Positions 26,715 to 41,945 of a stretch of DNA of 64,000 nt are shown one piece after another. Numbering within the stretch: position 1 is the first letter of the stretch; each line of letters opens with the position of its first letter. The notes beneath the pieces were generated by a model. It did not search any database. It saw only the letters and a list, made by a program, of their open reading frames with translations, and was not told where the DNA came from. A program made the translations under genes and the position numbers. This DNA comes from Paraspadella gotoi (taxonomy: Eukaryota > Animalia > Chaetognatha): the NCBI GenBank assembly GCA_051294375.1, contig CM119270.1:5912027-5976026 (forward strand), in the 5' to 3' direction.

Positions 26715-28559
26715 GGTTAATGGAGCCCGGAGTGGTGGAGTGGAGATCTCCTTGGATGGGTAGAGAGCGTGGTTGGAAAGATTTTTATACCAGTATCGAG
26801 GATTTTACTAATACAGCCCAATTCATTAACGAAATAAAAAATGTCATGTATGAAAAAGTCAGGTGTGAAAACATAGTTGAGATTGCTCGACAGAGCTAAT
26901 CTCATAACATTGATCGATTAAAACGATATCGTCTGCCGTCGCTCTTCTAAAACAACAGGTTTTTTTTTTTAATTTTCTTTGCGTCTTGACTCGAATAAAC
27001 TCAGTTTTTCGTCCGTTTGAAAAGGAATTCCGCTTTCGTTCGCCAAATTACTTTTTAGCCAAACTTGTCGTCTCGGTTGTCTAGTAAATTAGGAAGGGAT
27101 GATCATTACGCGAGTACGGACAAGTGGATAGACAGGCTTGCAGTGATCCTGGCAACCAGACAGACTGATCCACCGACAGAACAAACGTAACCGAACTTAA
27201 GACAATGAAGAAACTTTAAATTTTTACATAATCAAAAATTTTTATTTCTCGATTTCTGAATAAAAAATCAATGTCGGTATTTTTTTTTTTTTTTTATGGT
27301 TTTGCGAAAAACATTACATGTTCTTTATTCGAATTTTATTGACCGACTTTAATATTTCTTTAAATATTTTTATTTTTATTTTATTTTCTCGGGAGAAAGT
27401 CAATAGTTGAACGAGAATAACTGGCACTTATGATTTATTGTTGAACTCGAGCGACGAATTTTAGTCTTTTTTTTAATAAACGAAATAAGGGTTTGGGCCG
27501 ATTTGGTGACATCGCTGAACGTAAGGATTTTGGGCCCGAATTATTAACCATTTCTTGCACTTAGAATAAATTTAACAAACATTGGCAAATCATATTTTGA
27601 AAATCCGTTGAAAACCGCCCCTCAACACCAAATTCCGTTTCTCCGTAGTATTTTAAACTAGATGTAAAATTAGATTTGAACTTAAAACTGAAACGTATGA
27701 TCAGACAAGATATGACATTTGTTTACGACTAAGGTTTTAGTTAATCAAAAGGATAACGATGAAATATTACAAGATATTGCTGGTATCTACACGTATTCGC
27801 CAGCCAATTACTTTCCATTCAAAACGTAAAAACGGCGACATCAAGAACAAGAAAATCGCCAGACGCGACTTGGAAAATGAGATTTCGAAGCTCGGTTAAC
27901 TTCTGGTTAATTGGTCGATAATTAACTTTTAAAAACCTAAAACAGAAAAGGAAACCAGTGAGAACAACGACGCCATAGTACTCTTGAAAATCGGAAAATC
28001 TGTTGATTATAAATGATGGCTTATCGTTATTAAAACATTTAGTAGGTTTGAAAAAGAATTTACATATACATGCATCTCTTTAATAGTCCTTATATGCTAA
28101 AAGGTTAGACGTGTGGATAAAGAGATCCAAAAATATCGAGATAAATGAATGTGAAAATTGTTTAACTGACCGAAAAAAGTTGGTACTCTTTGGTACTCTT
28201 TCTTTCCATGACGTAAACTATCTTTCTTTCTTTTTATTCTTTGTCTGATTAACTGAATAACTTCAATCCATGACTGACTCGTTTAAAACACTTTTGCAAG
28301 TTACTGTTACATAAAACAAGTTTGAGCAAACAATATCGGATCTGCCCACGATAATTAAGCGGTAAACAGCTAAGTAAATAAACAAATAAATAATAAATAA
28401 ATATTATAGTAGAAATAATTACAAATAAAGTACAAATAATTTTTTCAACTATTATTCTTTTTTCAACTTGCATACTTTTTTCAACTCGAATCATTTTTTC
28501 AAATTGCATCATTTTTTTCACTTAATTATTTAATTAATCAATTAATTAATTAATAAAAT

Positions 28560-28815
28560 AGTGAAATTTTTTTTCCATTTAAACTCATTTCCACTCGCAT
28601 GATTCCATAGAAACTAAATATTCAGCCCAATCACACACTTCTCTAACCACACACAAAATTTCATTCCAATCCATCAATCCAATCACAAGCAATTAGAGTT
28701 TTTTGCTAATGTGGGACGGACGGACAGACGGACGGACAGACAGACAGACATACAGACGGACAGATTGAGGGGGCGGACCGACGAAACGACAAAGTGAATT
28801 ATAGAGTCGGGATCT
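28560..28815 (-). mobile_element. Dispersed non-autonomous repeat with (GTCY)n microsatellite (HINE/DINE-like); related copy at ~48980-49240 (+)
   Basis: Both loci share a GATC.CGACTCTAT...GTCGGTC head and the ATGGAATC.T.CGAGTGGAAATGAGTTTAAAT block. The class assignment is inference. Confidence 0.45.
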
Positions 28816-30146
28816 GCTGATAAGCTGATAAGAAGATCCGACTAAAAAATCACCATCATTAACAATCTCCAGACTTTGAAAGTCAATGAACGAAGAAAAT
28901 GATGTTATCAAAATATACCGAATTTATTTGTTTTAAATTAAAATTGTAACAAAAGCGCTATAATTGTAACAAATATAATGATTTATTGTTTTAATATAAA
29001 GTATCTACGCGTTAATAATTGATGATAATTGATATTATGATATTATATTATATTATAATATTATGCTGTGATCAGCTGCGTGCGAGAGCATCATTTATAT
29101 AACTACATTTTATTTAATCTCTATTATCATCAGATATCTTTCACTATTTTAGATGTTTTCACAGATTATTTAGATTGATGGTCGTTGTTACCATATTTAA
29201 TCGTTTCTGTCCGCATTTATGTTGTTAGATGTATTTTGATTCGATAGATTTATTGTCTTTTAGCAAATTACAACAGAAGTTAGTATGGAAACGTAAGTAA
29301 AAAAAAGTAGTAGAGTAAATACAATAAATGCTATTATTACATAAATGCATTAATCTTTAAAAATTCAAAAACAAAACATATATATAAAAGATGGAATGAA
29401 CGTAATCACAAACTAACATCTACAGTAAAATTCTTTGGTTTCTATTACAATTGATACTATGTTTAATTTAGTTCATTGTTTAATATTGACATCGAGGAAA
29501 AGATAAACCTCGACAAGACGAAAATTCTAGTAAGTAAAATGAAGTAGAATAAACAAATAAAAAAAATATTTTGGCAGCCATAGATTTACAACAGCATAGA
29601 TATAACAATCGAAGACAATAATAGTGCGTACTATTCTTTTGTAGGGCTAAAGTCCTGAAATGCAGGGAGTAAAATTATGGCAAAAACTTGCGACATTGCA
29701 CTATGGTTAAACTTGCTGACATATAACAATTAAAAGGGGTTTCTTTTTTAAAATCCATTTTTTATAAATATTTAAGCTTTTCTGTTAATATGTTAATTTT
29801 CATAAATGCTAAAAAAAAACAATTTTTTTTATAAAAAAAATCGTTATCAATTTTGAAAATCAAGATGAATTCAACGTATATATTTTGTGTATCAATCTCA
29901 CTAACACGGTACAGTTTTTGAGTCTCGTAAGCCACTTAAATTTGACAGATAATTTGTTTTATTATTCTATCATTTACCAAAATGACCAATTCACTTTTTT
30001 CAGTTTGTTTCTTCTTTAATACGTAACATTTCAACCGTTTTCATTCGTTTCCCCAAAAACGCATCAATACCAAAAAAAAAAAAAATTATTACCTATTATT
30101 GCTCCATCTCATCTCATCTTTCACTTCCCTTCCTCCCCCTCTCCCT

Positions 30147-30923
30147 CTACCTCTCTCCCCCTCCCCTCCTCCACCCGAAAACATCCCTGAAGAAGCTTCT
30201 TCTTCCCCCTTTCCTCTTTTCCTCCCTCCTCTCTCCCCTCATTTCCTCGTCTCCGGTCAACATCGGCTCGAAAAAGTCTTCCTCCTCCTCTTCTTCCTCG
30301 TTCCTCCCCTCGTCCCTCCTTTCCTCCCCTTCCTTCTCCACGAAAGGCGTCGAAAACTCTTCCCTCCTCATCTCCTCGTTCCTCCTTCCTTCCCTCTCGT
30401 CCTCTTCCTCCTCCCGCTCTTCCTCCGTCGAGGAGGCCTTTCCTTTCCTCCAGTTGAAGTAAGGCACCAGCGCCATGAGGGAAGCGGCGACGACGGTCAC
30501 CGCGCCGCCGAAGTAGAATCTGAGAAGGTTGGAGGAAAAGAAGAATCGATCTAGAATTGCTGGAGTTTGATTGATTGATCGATCGATTGGTGGAGTCGAT
30601 TGGCATATTGCCTAATTCTTCTATTGTCAAAATTTTGACAAGTATTGACAAGTATTGACAAGTATTGACAAAAGTATTGACAAATTTTTTTCGATTCGTC
30701 GATTTGATTGATAAGTAAATTTAGTTAATAGGAGATAGATTTGATTGAATGATTATTTATTTATTTATTTTTATTTATTTATATTTATTTATATTTATTT
30801 ATATTTATTTATATTTCTTTATATTTATTTTTATTTATTTTTATTTATTTTTATTTATTTTTATATATTTTTATTTATTTTTTATTTTTATTTTATTTTA
30901 TTTATTTATTTATTTATTTATTT

Positions 30924-30979
<56 letters not shown>

Positions 30980-31318
30980 TTTAATTAATTAATTTAATTC
31001 TGTGTGTTGAGCTCTAAATTTACATGTCATGGCGCAAATGGTATCACCCACTTACCCGGCGTCGTAGGTCCGTGTCACGTCGAAAAAGAACGCCGGCGAT
31101 CGGGGACCGCGATGAGCGCGCCGGCGCCGTTGGCAACATGAGGTAACTGGAGGAAGAATACGCTTGAAGATGTATAAAGTTTAGACTTTAGTATAAAGTA
31201 TAAGTTTAGTTTAATTTATGCCCACCAATTTTATTTATTATATTTCGCCGTCGTACAAATAGCACTTCCTGTACAACCTCTTTTATATAAAATAAAAAAT
31301 TGGGTAACTTGCAAAACG

Positions 31319-31351
<33 letters not shown>

Positions 31352-34300
31352 ACCAAAAAAATTTACTAATTTACCAAAAAAATAATGGAGTTTACTTTCC
31401 CGCCAAACAGACCCGTAAGCCGACGTCAACGCGCAACACCGAAACAAGTCCCGCGTCAGCGCGGCCAAGAAGCCCAACTGAATCCCGAAGAAAAGTCCGT
31501 AGGCGGCGCTGTAGGCGATGAAGGCCGCGTAGGATTGGTAGATGGGCGTACAGAACAAACGATGACGCCCGAGAGTCCGCAAGAGAAAGTGTAGGCCAAG
31601 AAAGGAGGTAGCGGGTGTCGACGTTTCCCAGAGCCCGCGCCACGAGGCGACCTGAATTATAAAAAAAACGTAATTTTGATGACCTTTTACGAATAGATGT
31701 AAAACCGAACTATATTCCAACAAACACGGAAAATATTATATATTTAAATCACTGCACTGGTATGTCATTGATTGAAGCAATTTAATGTTTTTATAATTTA
31801 TTTCAAGGATAAATCTCGCTTGTGAGAATTTAATTTTTGTTGCGATTAGTATCTCTCAACAGTTATGCCTTTTTGGGCCAAAATCTCAACAACTGACCCA
31901 TGGTGTTCATTATTCCGATTAGCGAGAGAAGATAAGTGATTCCTGTTTCGACGCGCCCAAGATGCCGAACAGAAATCGGTAAGAGGACGAAGAGGATGAG
32001 GGATCCCACGTTGAAGAGCACGTTGTTGCAGAGGTAGATCCAAAACGTGATGCTCTGCGGGAATGTCGATTTTGAATCGGAGGATCATTACAAGTTTTTA
32101 TGATTCGCAAGGAAAAAACGAATTTTCACCGATTAACAAACTTTAAAATGAAGCTTCTGAAGGTGTCAAGTAATGGACTCGCTGTTTTCTCAGTGTACAC
32201 TGTACAATGTAAGTACGTACAGTTTACTTTATTTTCTGGTATAAAAAACTTATTTTAAAGACTTTAACTTGCAAGCGGTTTTCATCTGAATTGCTCATTG
32301 ACTAATTGCAATAAGCAAAACTATTAATGGCATCAAAAGAGAACAATTTTGTAATGACATAAAACATAAAAAAGTTCACCTTTAAAAGGGATGTATTGAA
32401 AAGGTCGAGAGAAACCAAGCTGCCCCTGTACCGCGGCGCCAACGGCCGCATCAAGGCGCCCATGGCGACGACGTTGAGGGTGACGGCGGCGTTGATCAAC
32501 ATCGATCCCCGCCAACCGAAAGTCTCGATGAGGAACTGTTCGGGGGGTGGGGGCAGGGTTGAGTGGTTGAACGATGTCCGAAAATTATGGATGACTTGAT
32601 GATCGATTTGTATTTTTATAACACGCACTTTAAGGTATCTTTATCATCAGGAGACGCATTGGTTTTTAGAAAATGAGACAAAGATTTAATGTTACATAAA
32701 TTACAGTTTGTCCTGACTTGCCTTGGTAAAAAATCGAAAACAAATCCTGGGACAAAAAAACAAAAGACACCAAGATTATAGATGTCGCTTTCGTCTGGAA
32801 ATTGAAACAAAAGCGCATCCCGGATAAAAGATTTTTTTTTTTCGCAACCGAATCAAACTTCTCTCCTTATTTGTTGAAGAAATGGACTGAGCAAAAAACG
32901 AGAGGAAGTTTCTCCACGACTTAACCGACTCTCCTCACCTGAAATAAAGGCGCGAAGGTAAGGCTACCGAATCCGCAGCCGGAAACGGCGATTCCCGTGG
33001 CCAAGGCGCGGCGTCGGTAGAAGTAGCTGCCGACGACGGCGACCGCGGGAGTGTAGACGAGGCCGTAGCCGACACCAACCTGGGTAAGGTGAAGGACTCA
33101 TTGAGGGAGGTGGAAGCCTTACCTTTGTAGATATTAATTTTTTTGTAAACTGGTTCCTTTTATTCGTATAAATTACGGATGGTAAGTCGATTCTCATTAC
33201 TCACCATTAGACCGGAAGAAAAAAGAAGGGAGAAAATGTCTTGAACGAGTGAAGTGAGGATGTAGCCCATTGAGGAGAGGCAGGCGCCTGCCATGACCTG
33301 GTAAGTAGTGGGTAAGTAGGTAAGTTAGATAATCATAATGGAAGCAACTTTAGAAAAAAGTTAAATTTATTGTCGATTCCAAAAATAAGAATTTTCTCGA
33401 CCATCTCGACCTAAATTTAACGGTTTTCCCCTAACAGGCTAACACTGCTTCATTCATAAACGTCTTAGTCGTCTTACTGTTGCACAGAGTTATCTAGAGA
33501 ATCTAGAATTAGAGATCTATTCCATTCATTATTGTTATATTTTTTTATGTAGAATAAGATCAAACAACATTGCTTAAAAGAACGTTAATTAATGACCCCA
33601 AACTCACCACGCGACGGAATCCAAACTTGTTCGCCCAACTTACGCTGCGTCGCCAGAGGTCCCGCGGCGAAGAGCCCTCCAGTGGCAGAGGGCGCCGACC
33701 CAAGCGAGTTGACCGCGACTTCCGTCAAATTGTTCGAGAGAAACTCGATGTAGTAGACGCCAAAAGGAAAAGGCCATTCCCACTGAGATGGCCTTGGAAA
33801 AGGGGACAGTAAAATCATGCTCATGTTATCTCTGGAAGGAGTAAGAATCTACTGAAGCTTTTTTTTTATCTCTCACAGACATAAACAACGAAAAGCACGA
33901 CGAAGACCAACGACAACATTAACAGCACGTAATTTTTTCAAATTTAATTTCTGAGAGGAAGGTCTTATTTTGATTTTAGTTCACATCTTTTATCGTGATG
34001 CTTGGATTAGGACAGAGTCAGCCAATTTAGGGATAAACAGCTTAATTCATTAATATACATAATATTTCGGCGGGAACCTCTGAGAGTCCTTATTAATACC
34101 AAACTACAATATTATAGACTTTAATACCCCGCAGTAACTGCTATTCATAAAAACTCTAAATCATAATAATTTGACAAAATTACTACAAATAGCGATGAAA
34201 TTTAAGAAATCTATGAAACCGCACAAATATATAAAGTTGACAATATAGGTAAAGCTACGTTGAAATTTTATATGATAAGAGTATAAAAGTATAAAAAAAA

Positions 34301-34534
34301 AACCACTAATGCATCTCACGCTCTCCCGACCACATCAGCCGCGGCTCACGCGTCTGGCGAGACGAAGGAAGCGAGCACCACCACCCAAGACCACGTCCCG
34401 TCGGGGTGTTCTCCCCAATCCGAAGACGACGATGATGAAGACGAAGACGACGACGATTTCGACGACATGATCCGGGGAACGTCGTAGTCCCCGATGGGGA
34501 GGGAGTGAATGGAGGCGACCGGGGTCATCGCCAT
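30147..34534 (-). CDS. SLC16 family monocarboxylate transporter, paralogue C
   Basis: Exon 1 MAMTPVAS...[20 protein letters not shown]. Also [53 protein letters not shown] and last exon [21 protein letters not shown]. Same exon organisation as paralogue B with unrelated intron sequences. Confidence 0.88.
30750..30985 (+). repeat. (TTTA)n microsatellite in the last MCT intron
   Basis: Direct inspection. Confidence 0.95.
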
Positions 34535-35004
34535 GGTTACGAGAGTTGGGGGGGGGGAGACGGTTGGTGGTCGGGTGTCAAAGGTCGCGGAAGGCTACGA
34601 GGACGCAAGGACCGGGCGGTTGTGAACGATGGGTCGACTGGTCGCGGGGCAGAGAACGGCGACCGCGAGCCATGAGAGGAAAGGCCGAGGAAATAGAGAA
34701 TGAGGGGAAAGTCCGACGAGAATCCTGGGCGGGCGTCGTCGCCGTTGTTGTTGTTGTTGTTATCTTTGCTGGAAGCCGCGCGGGTGACGGAAATTCAGCG
34801 ATCTGATTCATATTAGGCGATCGTCATTAACTGATCGAAAAGAAAAAGAAAGAAAAGCCGTTTCAACGTTGGTTGAAAATAAGGAAAAAAAATAGTCATG
34901 GGGGAAAAAAAGAGAGTGAAAAAGAAATTAAAAGGAAAAAAAAATAGGAAAGATGATTATAGGAGACAAAGAAGAAACGTGGTGACGGAGTCGACACTCT
35001 GTTT

Positions 35005-35208
35005 GCTTTGGAGTACTCGCGGAGCAACTCTATAAGTCACTTTTTGGTCGGTCTGTCTGTTGATCGGTCTGTCGGTCTGAAAGTTCTTGCAGTCATGTAG
35101 TCGTGTCATGTTACGTCAGGATATGACATGTCACCTCATGTCATGTCATGTCACGAGAAATACACAAAGTCACGGCGGCGCAACACATTGGACGAACCGA
35201 TCTTGTTT
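35005..35208 (+). mobile_element. Helentron-associated (HINE-like) short element; partial inverted copy at ~38790-38850
   Basis: Head GAGTACTCGCGGAGCAACTCTATAAGTCAC recurs inverted near 38810-38845. It is followed by GTCT/GTCG and TGTCA repeats and ends CTTGTTT. Confidence 0.4.
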
Positions 35209-35506
35209 GTTCTTTCCTCTACTGTTTTTGGCCTTTTTTTATCGTGGCGATGCTTTGGCTATTTTTATCAATTTTCTAAAAAAAGATAAAAAAGGAGAAA
35301 TTGATAGAGGTTGCATCAGCGAAAAATATATTGTTTTCAGAAATGGTTTTTTCTACTATATTTCATGAGGGATAAGAGATAAACTCAATTAATTTTTAAT
35401 AACATGTGTGTTTATTAAAAAAAAATAACTAGGAAAAAAATTATAACAATACTCGTTATCAAGATAGTTTGTGAATCAAACTACATACACGATAATAACC
35501 GGAGAG

Positions 35507-35510
<4 letters not shown>

Positions 35511-35590
<80 letters not shown>

Positions 35591-35680
35591 AGAGAGAAGA
35601 AAAAAAGAGAAAGAGAGAGAAAGAGAGAGAGAGAGAGACAGAGACAGAGAAGAAGGAAGGATGAAAAGAAAGAGAGAAGT
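35511..35680 (+). repeat. (AG)n microsatellite (others at e.g. 1480-1550, 6540-6660, 36133-36210, 39140-39260, 44814-44920, 46480-46560, 48907-48962)
   Basis: Direct inspection. Confidence 0.95.
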
Positions 35681-36159
35681 TAATTGTTAATTGGTGATAA
35701 GTATATTAATTTTAAATGAAACGTTTAATATTTTTAACGTTTGTGATTTGAAATATAATTGATATTGATACTGGCAAAAGCGCAAAATAAATTTTATTTA
35801 TTGGGTTGCCAAGTAAAGTTTAGCATATTCAGGATAACGAAAATTGCATAATATATCAGAAAGAAAATAGATGAAAATTGAAACAGATTTTTATCACTTC
35901 TCAATGTACATCATTTCTCTCTCTTGCTCTCTCTCTCTCTCGCTCGCTCGCTCGCTCTCTCTTTCTATCTATCTAACACTAGTTCTCTCTCTCTCTCCCC
36001 TTTTTTTCACTTTCTTTTTCTCTTACGAACCCGGAAATATTTTCTCTCTCTTTTCGCAAATATTTTTCCAGATTTTTCACCTGCGTATTTATTCACTGAT
36101 AAAAATGTCTAGCGGACATCCCCCTTAAAGTGCTCTCTCTCTCTCTCTCTCACTCTCTC

Positions 36160-36212
<53 letters not shown>

Positions 36213-38122
36213 TTCTAAAAAAACAAAAAGAGCCGCTTTAGCTTGCACTCGGCTATTATTACTAAGTTAAAAAGGAAAAAGTTGTAGTAAGTAAGGAATA
36301 CAAACTAAGGAAAGTTACGGAACGTTTTAATTTCATTACATTGAAATAAATATCTTATAATTATCACTCAAATTACAATAATGATGATTTGTATTAAATG
36401 TTTAATGTATTTTACACTACCGGTAAAACCAAATAAAAAAAATCAGAACAGCCACATTTAGAAATCCAAGCTCCATTTGAGTTGTGCAGAGTTTTAAATT
36501 TTTAACATAATTTTTAACATAAAAGACATTGTATTTTATTTGAATTCCATTTAAAATCGTCTTAAAATACAGTTCAAGCTTTTATAAAACCGAAAAATCG
36601 AATCCCCGGATGTACAAGAGAAAGTTTTAAAAAAAACCGGGTCTCATCCGGGGAAGAAGGATTCCATCGAGTAGGACGACGACCGGCGAAAGAAGATGAA
36701 GAAAAAAGCAGACGAAAATAAGAAAGACGGTCAATTCATCTCGGGTTAATATCCATCCAACCATCTGTCTCCATCCATATACATCTAAATCTGAAATAAA
36801 GTATGGCTCTTTTTAAATTTTTTTTTTTTACCCTGATTTTTTACTTTTATAATTTTTCTTGTTTTTTCTCCTTTCTTTTCTTTCTTTTCGTATTTCTTTA
36901 TTTTTTCCCTTTTTCAGTCTTTCTTTTTTCTTCCCATAATTAATCTTTGCCGACTTTGCACGTATGTTGTCCTACTTTTTACATTTTTTTTTTGTGATTT
37001 CCTGCTTTTTCTCTTCTTTTTTTTTTATGTCTCTTCTTCTCAGTGGCGGCTTCTGTCATCGCTATTCTTGGCATCGATTATTAATGTGTTCAAAGTTCGC
37101 GATTCCGGTACTTTGATCTCAATAGTCAAAGCTTTTTTCGCTAAGGAGAATGAAACTAGCTTTAAATCTTACATAATGAAATCAAAGAAAGGCAGGACAC
37201 GAAGACAATTCTTTTTGAAGTTAGATATCGAAAATATATTATTAAAGATTAAAATATTTTACAAATTTTTTTATACTTTTTAGTCAATATTGGTTATTTA
37301 TTTTTATTCACGACGACATCCCGTTAAAAGTCACTTATCCAAATCGTACTTTTGACAAATTCTATCAACGAATTTAGGTACAAACAAGTATGAATAGATA
37401 AAATAACTTGAGCGAAAGACAAAGACAAAATCGTCTTCCGCAGAAAAAAAAGTTTGACAATCAGATAAAATAATTCAACAATAACAAAAAAATCAATTCG
37501 CAACTTCTTTCATTTAATGTCGATCCATTATCCATTATCCAAAAACTTTAAAAAAAAAAAGGGTAAGATGAGAGTTTTGCGTCAAAACGAAGTTCGTTGA
37601 TTTGTAGGTAAATTATTTTTCTTTCCTATTTATCAAGTTTGCTAGCTCGACTTGATAAATCGTATCTTACGTTAACATCTTTTTTTTCATAAAACGGATA
37701 ACTGGAGAAATATTTCTTTTTGTTTTTTTTGTTTTTTTAAACGACAGAAAAAAAAAAAGAAAGAAATAAATTTTGTTAAAAAAAAACTTTTTTTGGTTTT
37801 GAAAACTTGAACGGGTTCGCAGAGGTTCGACGACCAGGACATGAAATCCCCTTCTTAATTATGTCGTGTCGGATCGAGTCTGGCACGCGCCCGACGCCAG
37901 CCGCTTCGATTCCATCGATTCCATTGATTCCATGCCGCACGAAAACATAAGAATTTCCGATAGAATTATCGTTTTTAGCGCAGCGAAGATTTTAATATTT
38001 TGTTAAAGCGCAGTGCTGACCGTTTCATTAAAAAAAGATTGCTTTTTTTTTTATGCATTTTTCTTCTTTATTAATTTTTATTGTTTTTTTATATTTATAT
38101 TTTTTATTTAGAAATATATCAT

Positions 38123-38163
<41 letters not shown>

Positions 38164-39182
38164 AGTATTTATTTGTTTATAAGTATATATATTATTTTGT
38201 TTTTTCTATGAAAAATTTCAAATTGGTCAAATTGATAACAGATTCAGTAATTCTTCAAAAAGTTGAATCCAACAAAATATGAATTGAACTTCAAATTTAG
38301 TCAGATAAATAAAAATGAATAAATAATTAAAAATAAAGAAAAAATCTTAACCTGCGGTAGAGCAGAAAGGTAAACAGTGAAAAATAAGACAGAGAACACG
38401 AAAATATAAAACCACGCGGGAGCCTCGTGCTTTTAATAGTACACTTACAGTATTTGCGGCACTCATATTACACAATACACAGGCTGCTGCTACCCCATGA
38501 GTCATCGGATGAAAAAGAAAAAGACGACAGACGTCGGCAAAAAAAAAAAGCCGAGACTGACAAACGAAACGAAGTGAAAAAGTTTTTAAAACAAGAACGG
38601 TAATTCTAATGTGTTGCGCCACAGTAACTTTTTTTTCACATGCATTTATGATGCGCATTGCATCGGAATCTGGTCTTTTATTCTTTAAAGTTTTAGGATT
38701 TCTTGAAGGCGACGCTAGCAGTACCTTAAATAAATGAGCAATCAACTATAGGACAATTTTATGCATTTTTATGTAAGTGGAAAAGACCAACGGAAAGTCA
38801 TACCGACCGAAAAGTGACTTATAGAGTTGCTTCGCGAGTACTCGCGGCGCAACTAAAAAAAAAGTTTTCGAGTTATTTTTCAGTGTCATTTCTTTTCATC
38901 ATTTTATTTCGAAATTTGGATTCGTCGACGTTTTATCAAAAGACGATGACGTAAAAGTTTATTAAAGGACGTTGATGATAACGACGATGAAGAAGACGAC
39001 GAAGACGACGACGCTGAGTACGACGACGACGACAACTAGGACGACAGTGAAGACGACAAAGACGATAACGACTACGACGGAAACGACGATGATGAAGACG
39101 ACGAGTACAAACCTGAGAAATATTTTCGCACAGTTTTAGTCTCTCTCTCTCTTCTCCTCTCTCTCCTCTCTCCTCTCTCTCT

Positions 39183-39259
<77 letters not shown>

Positions 39260-41945
39260 TTCGTCCCCATTTTTCCTTTCGTTCTCGCTCGAAAAAATCT
39301 CAACAAAAACAACATCCCTTTTTTCTAAAAACTGGGATATCCCATTCCTCCTCTTTTTCCCCCCTACCCCCTAGCCCCCCCCCCCCCATCAGTCCCGTTT
39401 TTCGGTCGCTAGATTTTGGGCGTTTAAATAATAATTTTCAATTCCGCAAGATGACGACGACGACGAACGTCTGATCGACGACGATGGAATGAAAGTCAAC
39501 CACGAAGTTTATGATGATATAGATGGGTTCAGTAGATGACGACGACGACAACAACGACCTCTGTACGAAACGAGGTCAGATTCTACTGGACCGAAAAAAG
39601 GCAAGGGATGACGACGACGTCGACGACGACGACCACGATGACGAAGACGACGACCACGACGAAAGCGACAAATAAAGAGGAAAATCACGTAACATGAGTT
39701 GCGACTTCTTTCCAATTTTAAATTTTTTTTCCATTTTTTTTTTTAGTAATAGGTCCGTTCTCTTGATAAGAACTTACTAATTTTACCGACGTTTAAGTAT
39801 TATTATGCACAGTAGTATTAAAAAAAGTAGAAGTACAAAAAAATATCGAACGATACGAGTTTAAAAGACTTTTTGTGTCGCGTGCGCGGAATACAGCGTC
39901 ACTGTTTCTCTCTTTGCTGTTTCGCTGTTTCGCTGTTTTTTTGCTCTGTTTTTTTTTAACAATGATAAATGCGTCGGTGGGTTTTCGTCGGTCGATAAAA
40001 CCGCGAGAAGATTAAGTGGAACAACAACAACCACAACAACAAGGAATAAGAACCAAGAAACTGCAACAGCATTTAAACAACTACAGCAATGAATTAGACT
40101 GCCATCGCCTGTCCGTGTATAACAGCATTCCACATTTCGGGACGTGAACCTGATGGACCCCTGATTGAACGCTTGTCGAATAGCCCGAGAGAAAGCATAA
40201 AATGATTTGATAATTTCAGATAATTAGCATACTCTTAACATATAATTCCACTTGCTAGGCTCATCCTCAAGCAATGATAAGTCACACTTACATTTAAGCA
40301 CAAAACGAATTATTCCCTCCATCCTTGAATGTTAGACCTATTTTGAACTATTTTGACTTCTCAACAAATGACTTCTTAACAAGAACTAGGGCAGAATCGC
40401 TACAACTAATTAAAAAATATCCATTCATTTGATAAACGAGCTATGTTATCGCCTTACTACTTACAAGATAATATTATAGCAAGCTTTCAATCATATAAAT
40501 GCTCCCTCTATTTTCAGAATATAACACTAGCTCGGCCTATTTTTTTATAATCTGTAATTAATCTAATATAATTGTACCAATTTTATTGTATACATTGGTA
40601 ATTATTGTAATTTTCATAACGAGACCTTTCCGACGACGACGACGATGACGACGACGACGACGATGACGTAAAAAATCGCAGTACTGAATGACGCTTCTTA
40701 AGCAAAAAGAAAATATGTGCGATCGTCAGCTATTTTTTTTCCCCTTAGATCTTTGCGACATTCGAAATTTTTTGCGGTCTATCCATAATATTAATCAATT
40801 TCTATGAATATGATATATTTAACCAAGTTTTACGTATTTTTTAGGAAGTTTTAGTTTATTATTGAAAACTATCATATAAAATAGAATGAATGAGACCGAT
40901 TGATAATATTTAATTTTTTTTTAATTGATTGGAGAAAAAGGACAACAATACTCAAATATTAAACTCTCAATTAATTATATCTTTCCGTTCATACTTCATC
41001 CTATTACTACTATTAAGCAAATTTTTGAGCTTATATAGCCTCGCCAAAGTTAGTAAGATAGCTTGTACAGTGTATATTGAATCAATAAATAATTTTTCTT
41101 TTGATTGTCCAATTTCATACGTGTAGCTAGAGCAACGTACTTTTGAAAATGAAAGATCATCAACAGACTCGTCTCTCTTTGTTAGTTCTGGTCACTCATG
41201 TGGTCGAGAGGCCCCGACGACCACGCAAGAGAAGAACTTTGCTCCCGATTGACTACTCGCCTCTGATTTATAGATTAGAGAAGAAAACTATAAAAAGAAA
41301 TCCCAGTGAGATGGCCGAGGAAGGTTTTTTTTTTTTAATCACAGGCTTCACTTAAACTATATGTAGTATATGTACAATTGAAAAAAGTAACTTTTGTTTC
41401 TTTTAAAAATCGCGTACGGAATTTATTAGTGTCATCTGCCGCACATCCTATGAATTATTATTGCCTTTTGTTTTGGCTCAGGTCACTTAGTGAAAAGTAG
41501 GCTAATTATAAAATATAGGCAGATGTAACTTTTGATTAATTAATAACTACGTAATTTCAATTTTTTAGCGTTCTTCTTGTCAGCCCCTCTTGCGCTGAAG
41601 GACAGCGTTGTTGCTGCAAATCCAAATGCAATAATAAAGTTTGTATTCTTTATTCGGGCAGCAACTGCTAAGAGCTTTCAAACGCCTTGAATATGTGAGA
41701 ATACAAAACTAATATAATGTGCATTACTCTTTGTTTGAATAAATTCTAAGCTAAAGCATTGACACTTTTATTTATTTTTTGTTCTAAGAAAAGAAATAGA
41801 CGAATCTAGTATTTCTCAAACAAGTTTAGTTGATGTTTGAAGTTGAATTACCGAACTAAGCCAAGTTCCATCATAACGACCACTAACCATTCCATCAAAT
41901 GATTGCCAGCAACAGTTTATGCATTCCATTTCCCTCATTTCTCCA

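Noticed and set aside
36600-39720. (GAC)n-rich GC islands as coding exons
   Set aside because: Stops in candidate frames and no motif. More likely UTR exons of the MCT gene or simple repeats.
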